NCBI GenBank assembly: GCA_035509435.1
Contig: DATJLR010000002.1
Location: 133,774-197,773, forward strand
DNA: 64,000 nucleotides
From: Minisyncoccota bacterium
GTDB lineage: Bacteria > Patescibacteriota > Minisyncoccia > UBA6257 > 2-01-FULL-56-20
Direction: 5' to 3'
Under the pieces are notes generated by a model. That model saw nothing but the letters and a program-made list of their open reading frames with translations, was not told where the DNA came from and searched no databases. Shown piece after piece: positions 19,233-28,999 of the stretch. Positions within the stretch are counted from its first letter, which is position 1, and each line of letters opens with the position of its first letter. A program made the translations under genes and the position numbers.

Positions 19233-22121
19233 ATGCCCGCTTACGACCCGAAGAAAATAGAGGAAAAGTGGAACAAGAAGTGGCTGGCCGACAAGGTTTT
19301 TAAAGTTGCCGACGATTCGCCGAAGCCGAAATATTATCAGCTGGAGACGTTTCCGTATCCGTCGGCGGCCGGGTTGCACATGGGGCATCCAAAAGGGTAC
19401 ACCGCGGAAGACATCCACGCGCGCTATATGCGCATGCGCGGATACAATGTTTTGTACACGATGGGATGGGACGCCTTCGGATTGCCCACGGAAAATTATG
19501 CCATCAAAGTCGGCAAAAATCCCAAGGAGATCGCGGTGACGAACACCGACAACTTCCGCCGGCAGGTGCAGATGTTCGGCTTTTCGTACGATTGGGATCG
19601 CGAGGTCGACACATCGTCGCCCGAATATTACAAGTGGACGCAGTGGATATTCATCCAGCTTTACAAAAAAGGATTGGCGTACCGTGCGAATGCCAAAGTG
19701 AATTGGTGCCCGAAGGACCAGACCGTGCTCGCGAACGAGCAGGTGATCGACGGCAAGTGCGAACGCTGCGGCAGTGAGATCGAAGAACGCGACATGGAGC
19801 AGTGGTTCCTGAAGATCACCGACTACGCCGAGCGGCTGCTTGCGGACCTGAAAGGCCTCGACTGGCCGGCGGCGACGATCAAGCGTCAGGAGGATTGGAT
19901 CGGCAAGAGCGAAGGCGCGGAGCTGGAATTTTCCGTCACGAACTCCGCTCTGCGCATAAAAATATTTACGACGCGGCCGGATACATTGTTCGGCGCCACA
20001 TACTTGGTGCTTGCGCCAGAACATGAGCTGGTCGAAAAGTTAAAAGAAAAGCTTTCCAACAAGAAAGAGGTTGAGGCATATGTGGAGGCGGCGTCGCACA
20101 AGACCGACCGCATGCGCCAGCAGGAAGAAAAGGACAAGACCGGCGTGGAACTGAAGGGCGTGATGGCGATCAATCCGGCCACAAAAGAAGAGATCCCGAT
20201 CTGGGTGGCGGATTATGTCTTGGGTTCGTACGGCACCGGCGTGATCATGGCCGTGCCCGCGCATGACGAGCGCGATTTTGAGTTTGCCAAGAAGTTCGGA
20301 TTGCCGATAAAACAAGTTGTCGCCCCGCATCTCGTCAATCGGGAACATCCGCCGCTTCCCGGCAAAGAAAATACAAAACGGGACATCATTTATGCATTCG
20401 TGAAGCATCCGACGGAGAATAAATTCATGGTATTGCGGTCAAAGAAATATTCCTGGCTTGTGCCGATCTCGGGCGGCATTGAAAAGAACGAGACGCCGGA
20501 AATGGCGGCGCGCCGGGAGGTTGCGGAAGAGACGGGATATAAAAATATGCGATTAGTGAAGGAGATGCCCTTTGCGATCTTCGCGGAGTTTTATGTACCT
20601 CATAAAGATTTGAATCGCGCGGCAACTTCCCGTGCGTTATATTTTGAACTCACCGACCTTGAGCGTGACCCCGTGAGCGAAGAGGAGGCGGCATTGCAGG
20701 ATGTGGAATGGGTCGATGATGGAGGCCTTGATACGCTTGACCCGCTCGTTGAGCGACCCTATATCCTAAAGTGGTTGAGGCATGGTGAGTATCCATTTAC
20801 GGAGGAAGGTATCGTGATGAACTCCGGGCAATTCACCGGGATGGACTCCGAAAAAGCAAAAGCTGAGATAACAAAGTTCGTCGGTGGCACGATGAAGACG
20901 CAGTTCAGGATCCGCGACTGGTCCGTGTCGCGCCAGCGGTATTGGGGCGTGCCGATCCCGATGGTCCATTGCGCTGCGTGTCGCGCCGCGGGGCGCGGGG
21001 ACGGCATCGTGCCGGTGCCGGAGAACGAGCTGCCGGTGGTATTGCCCGACCTTGAGAATTTCCGGCCGCAGGGGATGCCGCCGCTCGCGAGCTCGCCCGA
21101 CTTCATCAACGTGAAGTGCCCGGTGTGCGGCGGCGATGCCAAGCGCGACCCGGAGACGCTCGACACGTTCGTGGATTCGTCGTGGTACTTTTTGCGCTAT
21201 CCCGATCCGCACAATGCGACGGCAATTTTTGATAAGGAAAAAGTGAAAAAATGGATGCCGGTGGACCTTTATGTGATCGGGGCGGAGCATACGGTTTTGC
21301 ACCTGCTCTACTCGCGCTTCATCACGAAATTTCTGCAGGACGAGGGATGGGTTTCTTTTGCGGAACCGTTCATAAAATTGCGGCACCAGGGGCTCATCAT
21401 GGGCACCGATGGCGCAAAGATGTCCAAGAGCAAGGGCAATGTCGTGAATCCGGATGAGATCGTGGGGGAGTTCGGCGCGGACGCCACGCGCTTGTACCTC
21501 ATGTTCATGGGGCCGTTCGCGGACTCGACGCCGTGGGACCCGAAGGGGATCCTGGGCGTTGAGCGCTTCCTGAAGCGGATGTGGAAATACTGCAGCGACG
21601 CGATTGGGCTTATGGATGTAAAAAAATCGGCAACGGCGCCTGCAAATGTGCAGGAAAAGCCATCCGCCCGCGCCGCGCTGCATCGCGCCATCAAAAAAGT
21701 GGGGGAGGACATTGAGGCATTCAAATTCAACACCGCTATTTCCGCTCTTATGATACTCTTAAATGAGGTGGAGTCGGCCGCGCCGCTTGGCAAAGATGAT
21801 CTCGCGTCACTCGTAAAGATCGTCCATCCGTTCGCGCCGCACATGGCGCAGGAATTGTGGTCGATCATGGGCAACGGGAGCTATGTGGATTTTGAGCCGT
21901 GGCCGGCGTACGACCCCGCGCTTGTCGCGGAAGAGAAGGTCCTGCTCGTATTGCAGGTCAACAGCAAAACGCGCGACAGCGTTTCCGTGGATGCGGCGAT
22001 CGGCGAGGATGCCGCAAAGGAGCTCGCGCTCGCGAACGAAAAGGTGAAGGCCGCGCTCGCCGGCGCCGCGCCGAAGCGCATCATCTACGTTGATAAAAAA
22101 CTGGTCAACATCGTGATCTAA
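19233..22121 (+). CDS. leuS: Leucyl-tRNA synthetase with an inserted NUDIX domain
   Basis: 'FPYPSAAGLHMGH', 'FTTRPDT', 'SRQRYWG', KMSKS; internal Nudix box. Confidence 0.97.
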   Translation: MPAYDPKKIEEKWNKKWLADKVFKVADDSPKPKYYQLETFPYPSAAGLHMGHPKGYTAEDIHARYMRMRGYNVLYTMGWDAFGLPTENYAIKVGKNPKEIAVTNTDNFRRQVQMFGFSYDWDREVDTSSPEYYKWTQWIFIQLYKKGLAYRANAKVNWCPKDQTVLANEQVIDGKCERCGSEIEERDMEQWFLKITDYAERLLADLKGLDWPAATIKRQEDWIGKSEGAELEFSVTNSALRIKIFTTRPDTLFGATYLVLAPEHELVEKLKEKLSNKKEVEAYVEAASHKTDRMRQQEEKDKTGVELKGVMAINPATKEEIPIWVADYVLGSYGTGVIMAVPAHDERDFEFAKKFGLPIKQVVAPHLVNREHPPLPGKENTKRDIIYAFVKHPTENKFMVLRSKKYSWLVPISGGIEKNETPEMAARREVAEETGYKNMRLVKEMPFAIFAEFYVPHKDLNRAATSRALYFELTDLERDPVSEEEAALQDVEWVDDGGLDTLDPLVERPYILKWLRHGEYPFTEEGIVMNSGQFTGMDSEKAKAEITKFVGGTMKTQFRIRDWSVSRQRYWGVPIPMVHCAACRAAGRGDGIVPVPENELPVVLPDLENFRPQGMPPLASSPDFINVKCPVCGGDAKRDPETLDTFVDSSWYFLRYPDPHNATAIFDKEKVKKWMPVDLYVIGAEHTVLHLLYSRFITKFLQDEGWVSFAEPFIKLRHQGLIMGTDGAKMSKSKGNVVNPDEIVGEFGADATRLYLMFMGPFADSTPWDPKGILGVERFLKRMWKYCSDAIGLMDVKKSATAPANVQEKPSARAALHRAIKKVGEDIEAFKFNTAISALMILLNEVESAAPLGKDDLASLVKIVHPFAPHMAQELWSIMGNGSYVDFEPWPAYDPALVAEEKVLLVLQVNSKTRDSVSVDAAIGEDAAKELALANEKVKAALAGAAPKRIIYVDKKLVNIVI

Positions 22122-22140
22122 CCCGTTACCTATCACTGCC

Positions 22141-23109
22141 ATGGGAGGAAAGATCGGATTCATCCTTATTCTCATCGTCGCGCTCGGCGTCGGCGTGTAC
22201 CTGTACAGCTCCGGCGCGTTCACGGCCGGCCTCGCGGGGCTCGGCTCGCTCGCGCGTCTTCCCGGATCATCTTCCTCCACCGCCTCGTCTTCGGGCCTCG
22301 GCAGTTTCTCGTTCTTTGATTTTGGATCGTCCACGATCGTGCAGGGGCCGCCGCCGCCGTCCGGATCGTCGGGATCCGCAGGGGGTGCTCCCACGCAGCC
22401 CACGCTTGGCAATGCCATCGTGCCTACCTCCAGCATTCCCGCCGGCTTCACTGCGGCAGAGCTCTCGCCCTACTTCGGGCAGGTGCGGTTCGGCAGCGTG
22501 TCGGCCGCGTCCTATTACAGTTACGGCACGATCACGCTGAACACCGCTTTTCCATATAACGCAACGGGCACGATCGACGTGACGGGTTGGCAGATCCGCG
22601 CCAACCATGGCGATGAATATATCCCGCAGGCGGTCAACCTGTATGACCCGACGGGCCTCGCGCCGGCGACCGACATCCAGATGAAGAACGGGGATACGCT
22701 GTATCTCTATTCTTCGTCCGCGCCGTTCAATCTGCGGCTCAACGAATGCATCGGATACGCCGCGCATGTGGCGAACTTCACGCCGCCGCTCCCGCTCACG
22801 TGCCCGTACGTGGACCAGTCACAGATCCAGGGATTCAGCGGCGCATGCCAGAACTTCATCAATTCGATCGGGGCATGCCAACAGCCGAACTATTCAAGCG
22901 CGCAGTTTCCGCAGAACGATTATTCCTGCACCCAATACCTGGAGAACAATTTCACTTATCGGTCGTGCTTTGACCAACACAGCAATGATCCGAACTTCCT
23001 GAGCGATCAGATATGGGTATGGACAGGCGCGAACCCCGTCGACCCGTATCACGATCAGGTGGAATTGCTCGATAAACAGGGGCTTTTGGTGGACCTGTAT
23101 ACCTATTAG
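22141..23109 (+). CDS. Membrane-anchored Cys-containing hypothetical protein
   Basis: N-terminal TM, Ser/Pro linker, several Cys. Confidence 0.7.
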   Translation: MGGKIGFILILIVALGVGVYLYSSGAFTAGLAGLGSLARLPGSSSSTASSSGLGSFSFFDFGSSTIVQGPPPPSGSSGSAGGAPTQPTLGNAIVPTSSIPAGFTAAELSPYFGQVRFGSVSAASYYSYGTITLNTAFPYNATGTIDVTGWQIRANHGDEYIPQAVNLYDPTGLAPATDIQMKNGDTLYLYSSSAPFNLRLNECIGYAAHVANFTPPLPLTCPYVDQSQIQGFSGACQNFINSIGACQQPNYSSAQFPQNDYSCTQYLENNFTYRSCFDQHSNDPNFLSDQIWVWTGANPVDPYHDQVELLDKQGLLVDLYTY

Positions 23110-23175
23110 TGGCTAGGTTGCCAGGAGGATATTGATATAGTAGGATACAGGCAGAACATTGCCAGAAAGGAGGGC

Positions 23176-23418
23176 GTGATGGGGTGTGAGGAACTCCAGC
23201 AACAGGCACGGGTCCAGTACGTGGACGTTCTGATGTACGAAAGGAGCGCCGCGATCGACGAAAGAACACCTCCATTCCCTTCCCTGGACAAAATCAAAGA
23301 ATTAACGGAGCATGCCAAGGAATGCATCGTGTGTTCGAGATTTTTGGAACATGGCCTGATGAGGCCGCTTCAAAAATCTGAGCAGACGATGCTTTGGGAG
23401 GGGGCTGCCCGCGCATAA
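23176..23418 (+). CDS. Small hypothetical protein (HxxxCxxC)
   Basis: AAGGAGG Shine-Dalgarno; terminator-like hairpin at 23407-23439. Confidence 0.5.
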   Translation: MMGCEELQQQARVQYVDVLMYERSAAIDERTPPFPSLDKIKELTEHAKECIVCSRFLEHGLMRPLQKSEQTMLWEGAARA

Positions 23419-23447
23419 TTTCGCGCGGGCTTTCATTTTTAAATAAT

Positions 23448-24464
23448 TTATTTCCGTTCCGTGAGCGTCGCCTTTACGCTGAACTGCTTTCCGTCGCGGA
23501 GGACCAAAAGTTCTATCTCGTCGCCCACGTTCGCGTCCTCGAGCAGGTCCTGGACGGGGTGGTCATGGTCCAGTTTCTTGCCGTTGATCTCGAGCACGAT
23601 GTCGTTCTCGCGCACGTCCGCTTTTTCCGCCGGACTGTCCGGGACGACCGCCGCGTCGTGCTGGGTCTCGCGCATCACGAGCGCGCCGTGGTCAACGGAG
23701 AGGTTCATCTTCTTCTGGAGATCGCCGTCCACCATCACATAGCGGAGCCCAAGGAGCGGCCGGCGGATGCGGCCGTATTTTTTTATGTCATCGATGTCGC
23801 GCCGCGCGGCGTTCACCGGGATCGCGAAGCCGATCGATTGCGCGCCGGAGACGATCGCGGCGTTCACGCCGACGACGAGTCCGTCTCGGTCCACGATCGG
23901 GCCGCCGGAATTTCCGGGGTTGATCGCGGCGTCGGTCTGGATGAGGCCGCGCATCTCCTGCGGCGCGGCGTCCGGATCCTGCTGGGCCGTGATCGAGCGC
24001 GAAAGGCCGGAGACGATGCCGACGGAAACGGTGTTGCGGAAGATGCCGAGCGCGTTGCCAATCGCGATGAGCGACTGGCCGAGCTCGAGCTTCGTCGCAT
24101 CGCCGAGGCGGACGCAGGGGAGCCCTTTCGCATCGATTTTTAAAATGGCCACGTCGTTGATAGGGTCGCGGCTCAATATCGTTGCCGGGAATGTGCGGCC
24201 GTCGCTCAAGATCACGGTGTATTCCGCCTTCTTTTCGCTCACCACGTGCTTGTTCGTAAGGATGAGCCCGTCCTCGGCCACGATGAAGCCGGAACCGCCG
24301 CCGGTGGTCACCATGCCGCGGTCGTCGACGGTGCCGTCCGGGATCGTCGGGTTGAATCCTTTCGGAAATTGCTTTTGCAGGTCCTCAAGCTTCTCCGCGA
24401 TCGCGATCGACACGACCGACGGCATGACCTTCTTGATGACCTTGATGACGCGCTTATCGTCCAT
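23448..24464 (-). CDS. HtrA/DegP-like serine protease with PDZ domain
   Basis: 'GSGFI', 'TNKHV', 'QTDAAINPGNSGGP'. Confidence 0.95.
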   Translation of the reverse strand: MDDKRVIKVIKKVMPSVVSIAIAEKLEDLQKQFPKGFNPTIPDGTVDDRGMVTTGGGSGFIVAEDGLILTNKHVVSEKKAEYTVILSDGRTFPATILSRDPINDVAILKIDAKGLPCVRLGDATKLELGQSLIAIGNALGIFRNTVSVGIVSGLSRSITAQQDPDAAPQEMRGLIQTDAAINPGNSGGPIVDRDGLVVGVNAAIVSGAQSIGFAIPVNAARRDIDDIKKYGRIRRPLLGLRYVMVDGDLQKKMNLSVDHGALVMRETQHDAAVVPDSPAEKADVRENDIVLEINGKKLDHDHPVQDLLEDANVGDEIELLVLRDGKQFSVKATLTERK

Positions 24465-24491
24465 TGGATAATTCTACCATGAAAGGTATCC

Positions 24492-25385
24492 CTATTTTGC
24501 AAATCTCACGTAGATCCCTGACGGCACAACGCAGCCGGAGCCCTTCTCGTTCACTCGCAATTCGCCGAACTCACTGTTTTTGCCGGCCCTGATAGTGCCG
24601 AAGGAGCTTTCCACTGCTTGCACGAGCGATCGCGGCGCGTATCCCGCGGCGTAGCCGTTCAGCAAAAAGAACGAGCCGGGGTTTTGCGCGAAGATCTTCC
24701 GCACGCCGTCGAGCAGGGGAACGATGTCCTCTTCGATGCGCCACACTTCGCCGTCCGGCCCGCGGCCGAACGCGGGCGGGTCAAGGACGATTCCGTCGTA
24801 TGCCGAGCCGCGCCGGATCTCGCGTTGTACGAACGTGAGCGCGTCGTCCGTGATGTAGCGGAGCGTGTCGGGCGGCACGTGCGAAAGCGTTGCGTTCTCG
24901 CGCGCCCACGTGTTGCTTTGCTTTGACGCGTCGAGATGCGTGACAATCGCGCCGTGCTTTGCGGCCACGATGCTCGCGATGCCGGTGTAGCCAAAGAGAT
25001 TGAGGACCTTGGGCTTATCTTTTTCGCCGCCATGCTTTGCAAGCGTCTTCACGCGCTCCGCGATCCATTCCCAATTCGGCGCCTGTTCCGGAAAGACGCC
25101 GGTGTGCTTGAATGACGTGAGCCGCAATGAAAATTTTATATCGTCACGCCACGAGATGGTCCACGGCTCCGGCGTCGATCTCCCGCGCCACGACCCTTTG
25201 TCTTTATCAAATTTAAATTCCGCGTGCGCACTTTTCCAAAGCTCCGGGCGCAGCGGCTTCCAGATCGCCTGTGTCTCCGGGCGGATCAGAATATACGGAC
25301 CGAATCGTTCCAGCTTTTTGTTGTTACCGGAGTCGAGCAATTCGTAATCCGCCCAGCCGTCGGTTGCAAGATCGATATGGTTCAT
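24492..25385 (-). CDS. Class I SAM methyltransferase (RlmI/K-like)
   Basis: 'FKHTGVFPEQ', 'VLNLFGYTG', 'LDPPAFG'. Confidence 0.9.
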   Translation of the reverse strand: MNHIDLATDGWADYELLDSGNNKKLERFGPYILIRPETQAIWKPLRPELWKSAHAEFKFDKDKGSWRGRSTPEPWTISWRDDIKFSLRLTSFKHTGVFPEQAPNWEWIAERVKTLAKHGGEKDKPKVLNLFGYTGIASIVAAKHGAIVTHLDASKQSNTWARENATLSHVPPDTLRYITDDALTFVQREIRRGSAYDGIVLDPPAFGRGPDGEVWRIEEDIVPLLDGVRKIFAQNPGSFFLLNGYAAGYAPRSLVQAVESSFGTIRAGKNSEFGELRVNEKGSGCVVPSGIYVRFAK

Positions 25386-25418
25386 GTGCGTGTATATGTG
25401 GATTATATATCAGAAAAT

Positions 25419-25503
25419 CAAAAACCGCCCTTGCGGACGGTCTTTGGGAAAATTCGGAGTTATTCTCTTGTACGATATCACTCCGTCCAGGCCCGACACC
25501 TAA
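25419..25503 (-). ncRNA. Candidate small RNA whose 5' end is antisense to a tRNA-like anticodon arm
   Basis: TTGACC-16-TACAAT promoter (25536-25509); starts UUAGGUGUCGGGCCUGG; ends in the terminator ACCGUCC-GCAA-GGGCGGU-UUUU. Confidence 0.5.
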
Positions 25504-25566
25504 CTATCATTGTACGAATTTTTTCCGATTGGTCAAATCGTATTTAATCTATTTTTAATGATTATG

Positions 25567-25613
25567 CGGACCGCCGGGGAGTCGAACCCCGAACTTCCAG
25601 GTGTCGGGTCTGT
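25567..25613 (-). pseudogene. 3' half of a tRNA-like element (5' half absent)
   Basis: ACAGA-CCCGACA-CCUGG AAGUU CGGGG-UUCGACU-CCCCG GCGGUCC G: canonical T-arm and acceptor 3' strand. Confidence 0.7.
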
Positions 25614-25629
25614 CTAGGGTAAAACACTA

Positions 25630-26478
25630 TTATTTCCCGAGCGCATCGCCATGGCGCACGCTCCACTGATAGAGCACGACCGCGGCGGACACGGATGCGT
25701 TCAGCGATTCCGCGCGCGAGTCCATCGGGATGCGGAGCGAGACGTCGCAGCGTTCCATTGTCTTCTGGCGGATACCCTCTCCTTCATTGCCGATAATAAA
25801 GAGCGCTGGCGCATCGAATTTTTCGTCGGTGAGCGCCTGCGAGCCGTTCATCACGAGCCCGTACGTGCGGAAGCCGAGCTTCTTGAGCGCGTCCACGGCC
25901 TGGTTCACGTTGCCGATCGAGACGATCGGGATGCGGAACGCCATGCCGGCGGAGGTTTTGACGACGGTGCCCGTGATCGGCGCCTGGTTGTGCTCGGGGA
26001 TGAGCACGCCGGCGGTGCCGAACGCGGCGGCGCTGCGGATGATCGCGCCCACGTTGTGCGGGTCGGTCAGTTCGTCGAGCAGGACGAGCATCGTGCGCTC
26101 GGTGGGGCGCAGCGCCGCCGCGAACTGGCGGAAGTCCACAAGAAGTGCGCCGGGATCGGTGACCGCGATCACGCCCTGATGCGCGGTCTCGCGGCCGACG
26201 ACGCGGCCGATCTCGCTGTTTTTCAAAACGCCAGGCGTAAGGTCGAGCTTTCGGAGGAGCGCGCGCAGTTCGCCGTCATTCACCTCCGGCGACAAAAATA
26301 CTTTGCGCACCGCGTGCGGCGCGTGCGCGAGCGCCTCCATGAGCGCGTGCTTGCCATAGATGTAGATCTTCTCCCGCGAGCCGTGCGCGGAGTAGTGGGG
26401 ACGGACGGGGCGATCGTGGCGCGGGCCCCGCGAAGGCCTCGAAGGACGGGATGGGTGTGAAGAGTGGCGCGGGCGCAT
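25630..26478 (-). CDS. rlmB: 23S rRNA Gm2251 methyltransferase (RlmB/TrmH family)
   Basis: 'HQGVIA', 'DPHNVGAIIRSA', 'IGNEGEG', 'ESLNASVSA'. Confidence 0.9.
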   Translation of the reverse strand: MRPRHSSHPSRPSRPSRGPRHDRPVRPHYSAHGSREKIYIYGKHALMEALAHAPHAVRKVFLSPEVNDGELRALLRKLDLTPGVLKNSEIGRVVGRETAHQGVIAVTDPGALLVDFRQFAAALRPTERTMLVLLDELTDPHNVGAIIRSAAAFGTAGVLIPEHNQAPITGTVVKTSAGMAFRIPIVSIGNVNQAVDALKKLGFRTYGLVMNGSQALTDEKFDAPALFIIGNEGEGIRQKTMERCDVSLRIPMDSRAESLNASVSAAVVLYQWSVRHGDALGK

Positions 26479-26519
26479 GGACAGAAGTGATGTTAGGGAT
26501 AATATAGCACATTTTAATA

Positions 26520-26558
26520 AAGAAAGAGCCTCGCGCATGGTGGTGTTGCGCGAGGCTC
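26520..26558 (-). terminator. Intrinsic terminator
   Basis: gagcctcgcgca...tgcgcgaggctc 12-bp stem with an A-rich + side flank. Confidence 0.65.
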
Positions 26559-26571
26559 ACGGGTAGCCCTC

Positions 26572-27048
26572 TCAGACGCTGAAGTTGGGGTCGTAGAGAG
26601 GAATATAGAATCGATAATGCGGAGTTCCGACGGGGAACGCCCACCACTTGATCTTTGGGTTTCTGAACCCCCAGCCCTCGGTGACCACCACCGCGGGCCC
26701 CATCGTGTAATGCGCGTCGGAATTTTCCGTCGGCACTTGTCGCGGGATCAGAGTGCCGGAAGGCGTTATTTCCGTAAAAACGTAATACTGGCGATCGCGG
26801 TGGAACGAGGAAATCTCCACTTTGTTCAACGGGTAAAGATCCTCCATGCTCCAGCCGAGCACGCAGGCGCCGCAGGCGCCGAGGACGAGCCCGGAAGTGG
26901 CGCAGAGATACGCGGACGTTATTCTTGCGCCGCCGGCGTTCTTGAGGATCGTCGCCGCGCTTCCTGTGAACGGGAAGTATTCTGCCAGTACGGGGAAAAG
27001 GCAACCCAGTATGGCGCCGATCAGCAAACCCAACACAACTGTCAACAT
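26572..27048 (-). CDS. Hypothetical membrane protein
   Basis: GGAGG before ATG; hydrophobic N-terminus. Confidence 0.55.
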   Translation of the reverse strand: MLTVVLGLLIGAILGCLFPVLAEYFPFTGSAATILKNAGGARITSAYLCATSGLVLGACGACVLGWSMEDLYPLNKVEISSFHRDRQYYVFTEITPSGTLIPRQVPTENSDAHYTMGPAVVVTEGWGFRNPKIKWWAFPVGTPHYRFYIPLYDPNFSV

Positions 27049-27119
27049 CTCTTCCTCCGATCTGTCTTGCGGTACTGCGGAAGTTCTGTTATCAGAATAC
27101 AATTATATTGATGTTTTGT

Positions 27120-27677
27120 CTAGCGATGAAGCCCTTCGGTGCCCCATGGAACGCCGAGACGGGGGAGCAGCCATCGGTCGATGCCGAGCCAGCCGGCATT
27201 GCGCCACGCGAGGATCAGGAAAAGTTCGATGAGCAGCAGCAACGGATTCACGCTTACCGTTCCCGCGAACAAATAGTTGAAGTTCATGAACGCGCCGAAG
27301 AACGCGGCGATGCCGGTGAATGCGCCGAGGATCAGTCCCGCTCCGACGGCGATCTCGCCGAACGTGACGATATAAGAAAAGAGAACGACATGAGGAAGCG
27401 CCACCGCATTGATGAACCATGCGTACCAGGAGGACACTGCCGGATTCGCGCCCGTCGCTTTCGCGACCGCGCCTGCCAGAAATCCATGAAGCGCGGTGCC
27501 GGCGTTCGGGCCGAGCCACGCGCCACCCGTCGCCTTTTCCCATCCTGCCATGATCCACGTGTATCCCACATAGAGCCGGAGCAAAAGCCACACCCACGCT
27601 ACGCGCGTGTCCCCGAACAAAAATTCCGCGAGCGGGGGATCCGGGATGACGACCGCTGTATGCGATGGTTCAGCCAT
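27120..27677 (-). CDS. DoxX family membrane protein
   Basis: 'LRLYVGYTWIMAGWEK', 'GEIAVGAGLILG', 'AGTVSVNP'. Confidence 0.9.
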   Translation of the reverse strand: MAEPSHTAVVIPDPPLAEFLFGDTRVAWVWLLLRLYVGYTWIMAGWEKATGGAWLGPNAGTALHGFLAGAVAKATGANPAVSSWYAWFINAVALPHVVLFSYIVTFGEIAVGAGLILGAFTGIAAFFGAFMNFNYLFAGTVSVNPLLLLIELFLILAWRNAGWLGIDRWLLPRLGVPWGTEGLHR

Positions 27678-27699
27678 TGCTATTATTGTACCAAATTTG

Positions 27700-27784
27700 C
27701 GGAGGGTGCAGGACTCGAACCTGCAAGTCCCTTACGGGACCCCGGTTTTCAAGACCGGTGCCTTGCCATTCGGCGCAACCCTCC
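27700..27784 (-). tRNA. tRNA-Ser(TGA)
   Basis: GGAGGGU...CCGGU-CUUGAAA-ACCGG, long variable arm, GGUUCGAGUCC. Confidence 0.95.
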
Positions 27785-27793
27785 TCTTGGATT

Positions 27794-28282
27794 TTATACC
27801 ATCAACTTATAATGTTTTCCAATCCAGCTCCTGGTGAGATAATGTTCTTCAGAGTGACAATTAGGACAGATCAATTCAAGATTATTCAATTCATTATTAT
27901 TTCTATTTCTGTCCTTATGGTGTACGTTCAAAATTTCACGCTTATTATAACCACATCATTCGCATTTTCCACCCCGGATTTCAATCAGTCGTATTTTTAA
28001 GAGTCCAGTAGAAACGATTTTGTCTTTCAGCCTGCGCCCGGTATATTTTATACCCGCCCTATTTCTATTTGCACAACTTCTGCTGCATGTCTTTTTATTG
28101 AATCGCGCAGCGATGGGCTTTCCACGGATCGCACAGGGATGCTCTTTGAGGATAGATTTGCCGTAACAACTTGAACTGCAAAAGACATTTCCTTTATTGC
28201 CGGATATTTCTTTTGGTCTTCGATAGATCGGCCTCCGACAAATTTTGCATTCAATATTAGGGTTTCTCTTATACGCTTTCAT
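27794..28282 (-). pseudogene. Zn-finger/HNH endonuclease interrupted by an in-frame TGA
   Basis: ...GGKCE*CGYN...VHHKDRNRNNNELNNLELICPNCH; stop at 27956-27958. Confidence 0.8.
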
Positions 28283-28344
28283 CCACACACTTTACTGCCA
28301 AGCAAAATTGATTTCAAGAAAAATTTTAGAATTTTTTAATCTTG

Positions 28345-28415
28345 TGGACCCACGGGGAATCGAACCCCGACCTCCTCCATGCCATGGAGGCGTAATACCA
28401 TTTTACTATGGGCCC
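28345..28415 (-). tRNA. tRNA-Ala(GGC)
   Basis: G3:U70, CCUCC-AUGGCAU-GGAGG, GGGGUUCGAUUCCCC. Confidence 0.95.
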
Positions 28416-28502
28416 TTTATATTTGCAGATTTTCAGAACGGCCTTGCCACTCATTCTATATATATTGCGACCGATGCGTCAATCGTCTATAGTGTCTTCA
28501 AC

Positions 28503-28574
28503 GCCCTCGTAGTTCAACGGATAGAACCGACCCGTCCTAAGGGTAAGATCGAAGTTCAATTCTTCGCGAGGGCA
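28503..28574 (+). tRNA. tRNA-Arg(CCT)
   Basis: GCCCUCG...ACCC-GUCCUAA-GGGU...GUUCAAUU...CGAGGGC. Confidence 0.88.
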
Positions 28575-28628
28575 CAACCAAAGGCGGATTTATCCACCGC
28601 CGGACTTTTCTTTTTTTATGGGAGTGCT

Positions 28629-28961
28629 ATGGTAATGGGAGTTGCTTCCAAGTTTCAAACCAGGGATTTGGAGGCACATCTCAGACCCAAAAGGAAACGA
28701 TATATGCCCGTTGTCACGGTTCGCAGTGACTTGCAGCCCACAGGAGTATTTGTCCCTGGGCTGAACCCACCCAAACTAAACAGCGTATGCGTCAGCCCTG
28801 ACGTTGCCAATACGCTGGTGCCCCGCTTCATCGCTTCCCGTCGCGGAGGCCTGAAGCTTTCGAAGCCCGACTTTGCGAAACTCAAAGGCCATGCACTCGG
28901 AGAGAACGGCCAGCCCGGCTGTCTCTGCTGCCGAACGGCTCTCAATTGGGGTCTTTTCTAA
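28629..28961 (+). CDS. Hypothetical protein
   Basis: ORF between tRNAs ending GCLCC; followed by a terminator. Confidence 0.4.
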   Translation: MVMGVASKFQTRDLEAHLRPKRKRYMPVVTVRSDLQPTGVFVPGLNPPKLNSVCVSPDVANTLVPRFIASRRGGLKLSKPDFAKLKGHALGENGQPGCLCCRTALNWGLF

Positions 28962-28999
28962 CCCCGCTTTTCCCAGATCTGATTTTTCCCCAAGTACGC

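Noticed and set aside
25419-25613. Permuted tRNA or two-piece tmRNA
   Set aside because: No 5' acceptor strand complementary to GCGGUCC, no D-arm and no tag reading frame nearby
27956-27958. TGA recoded as Gly (genetic code 25) in the HNH gene
   Set aside because: Core genes (gap, rpe, atpB) end in TGA, and prfB with its TGA frameshift is present
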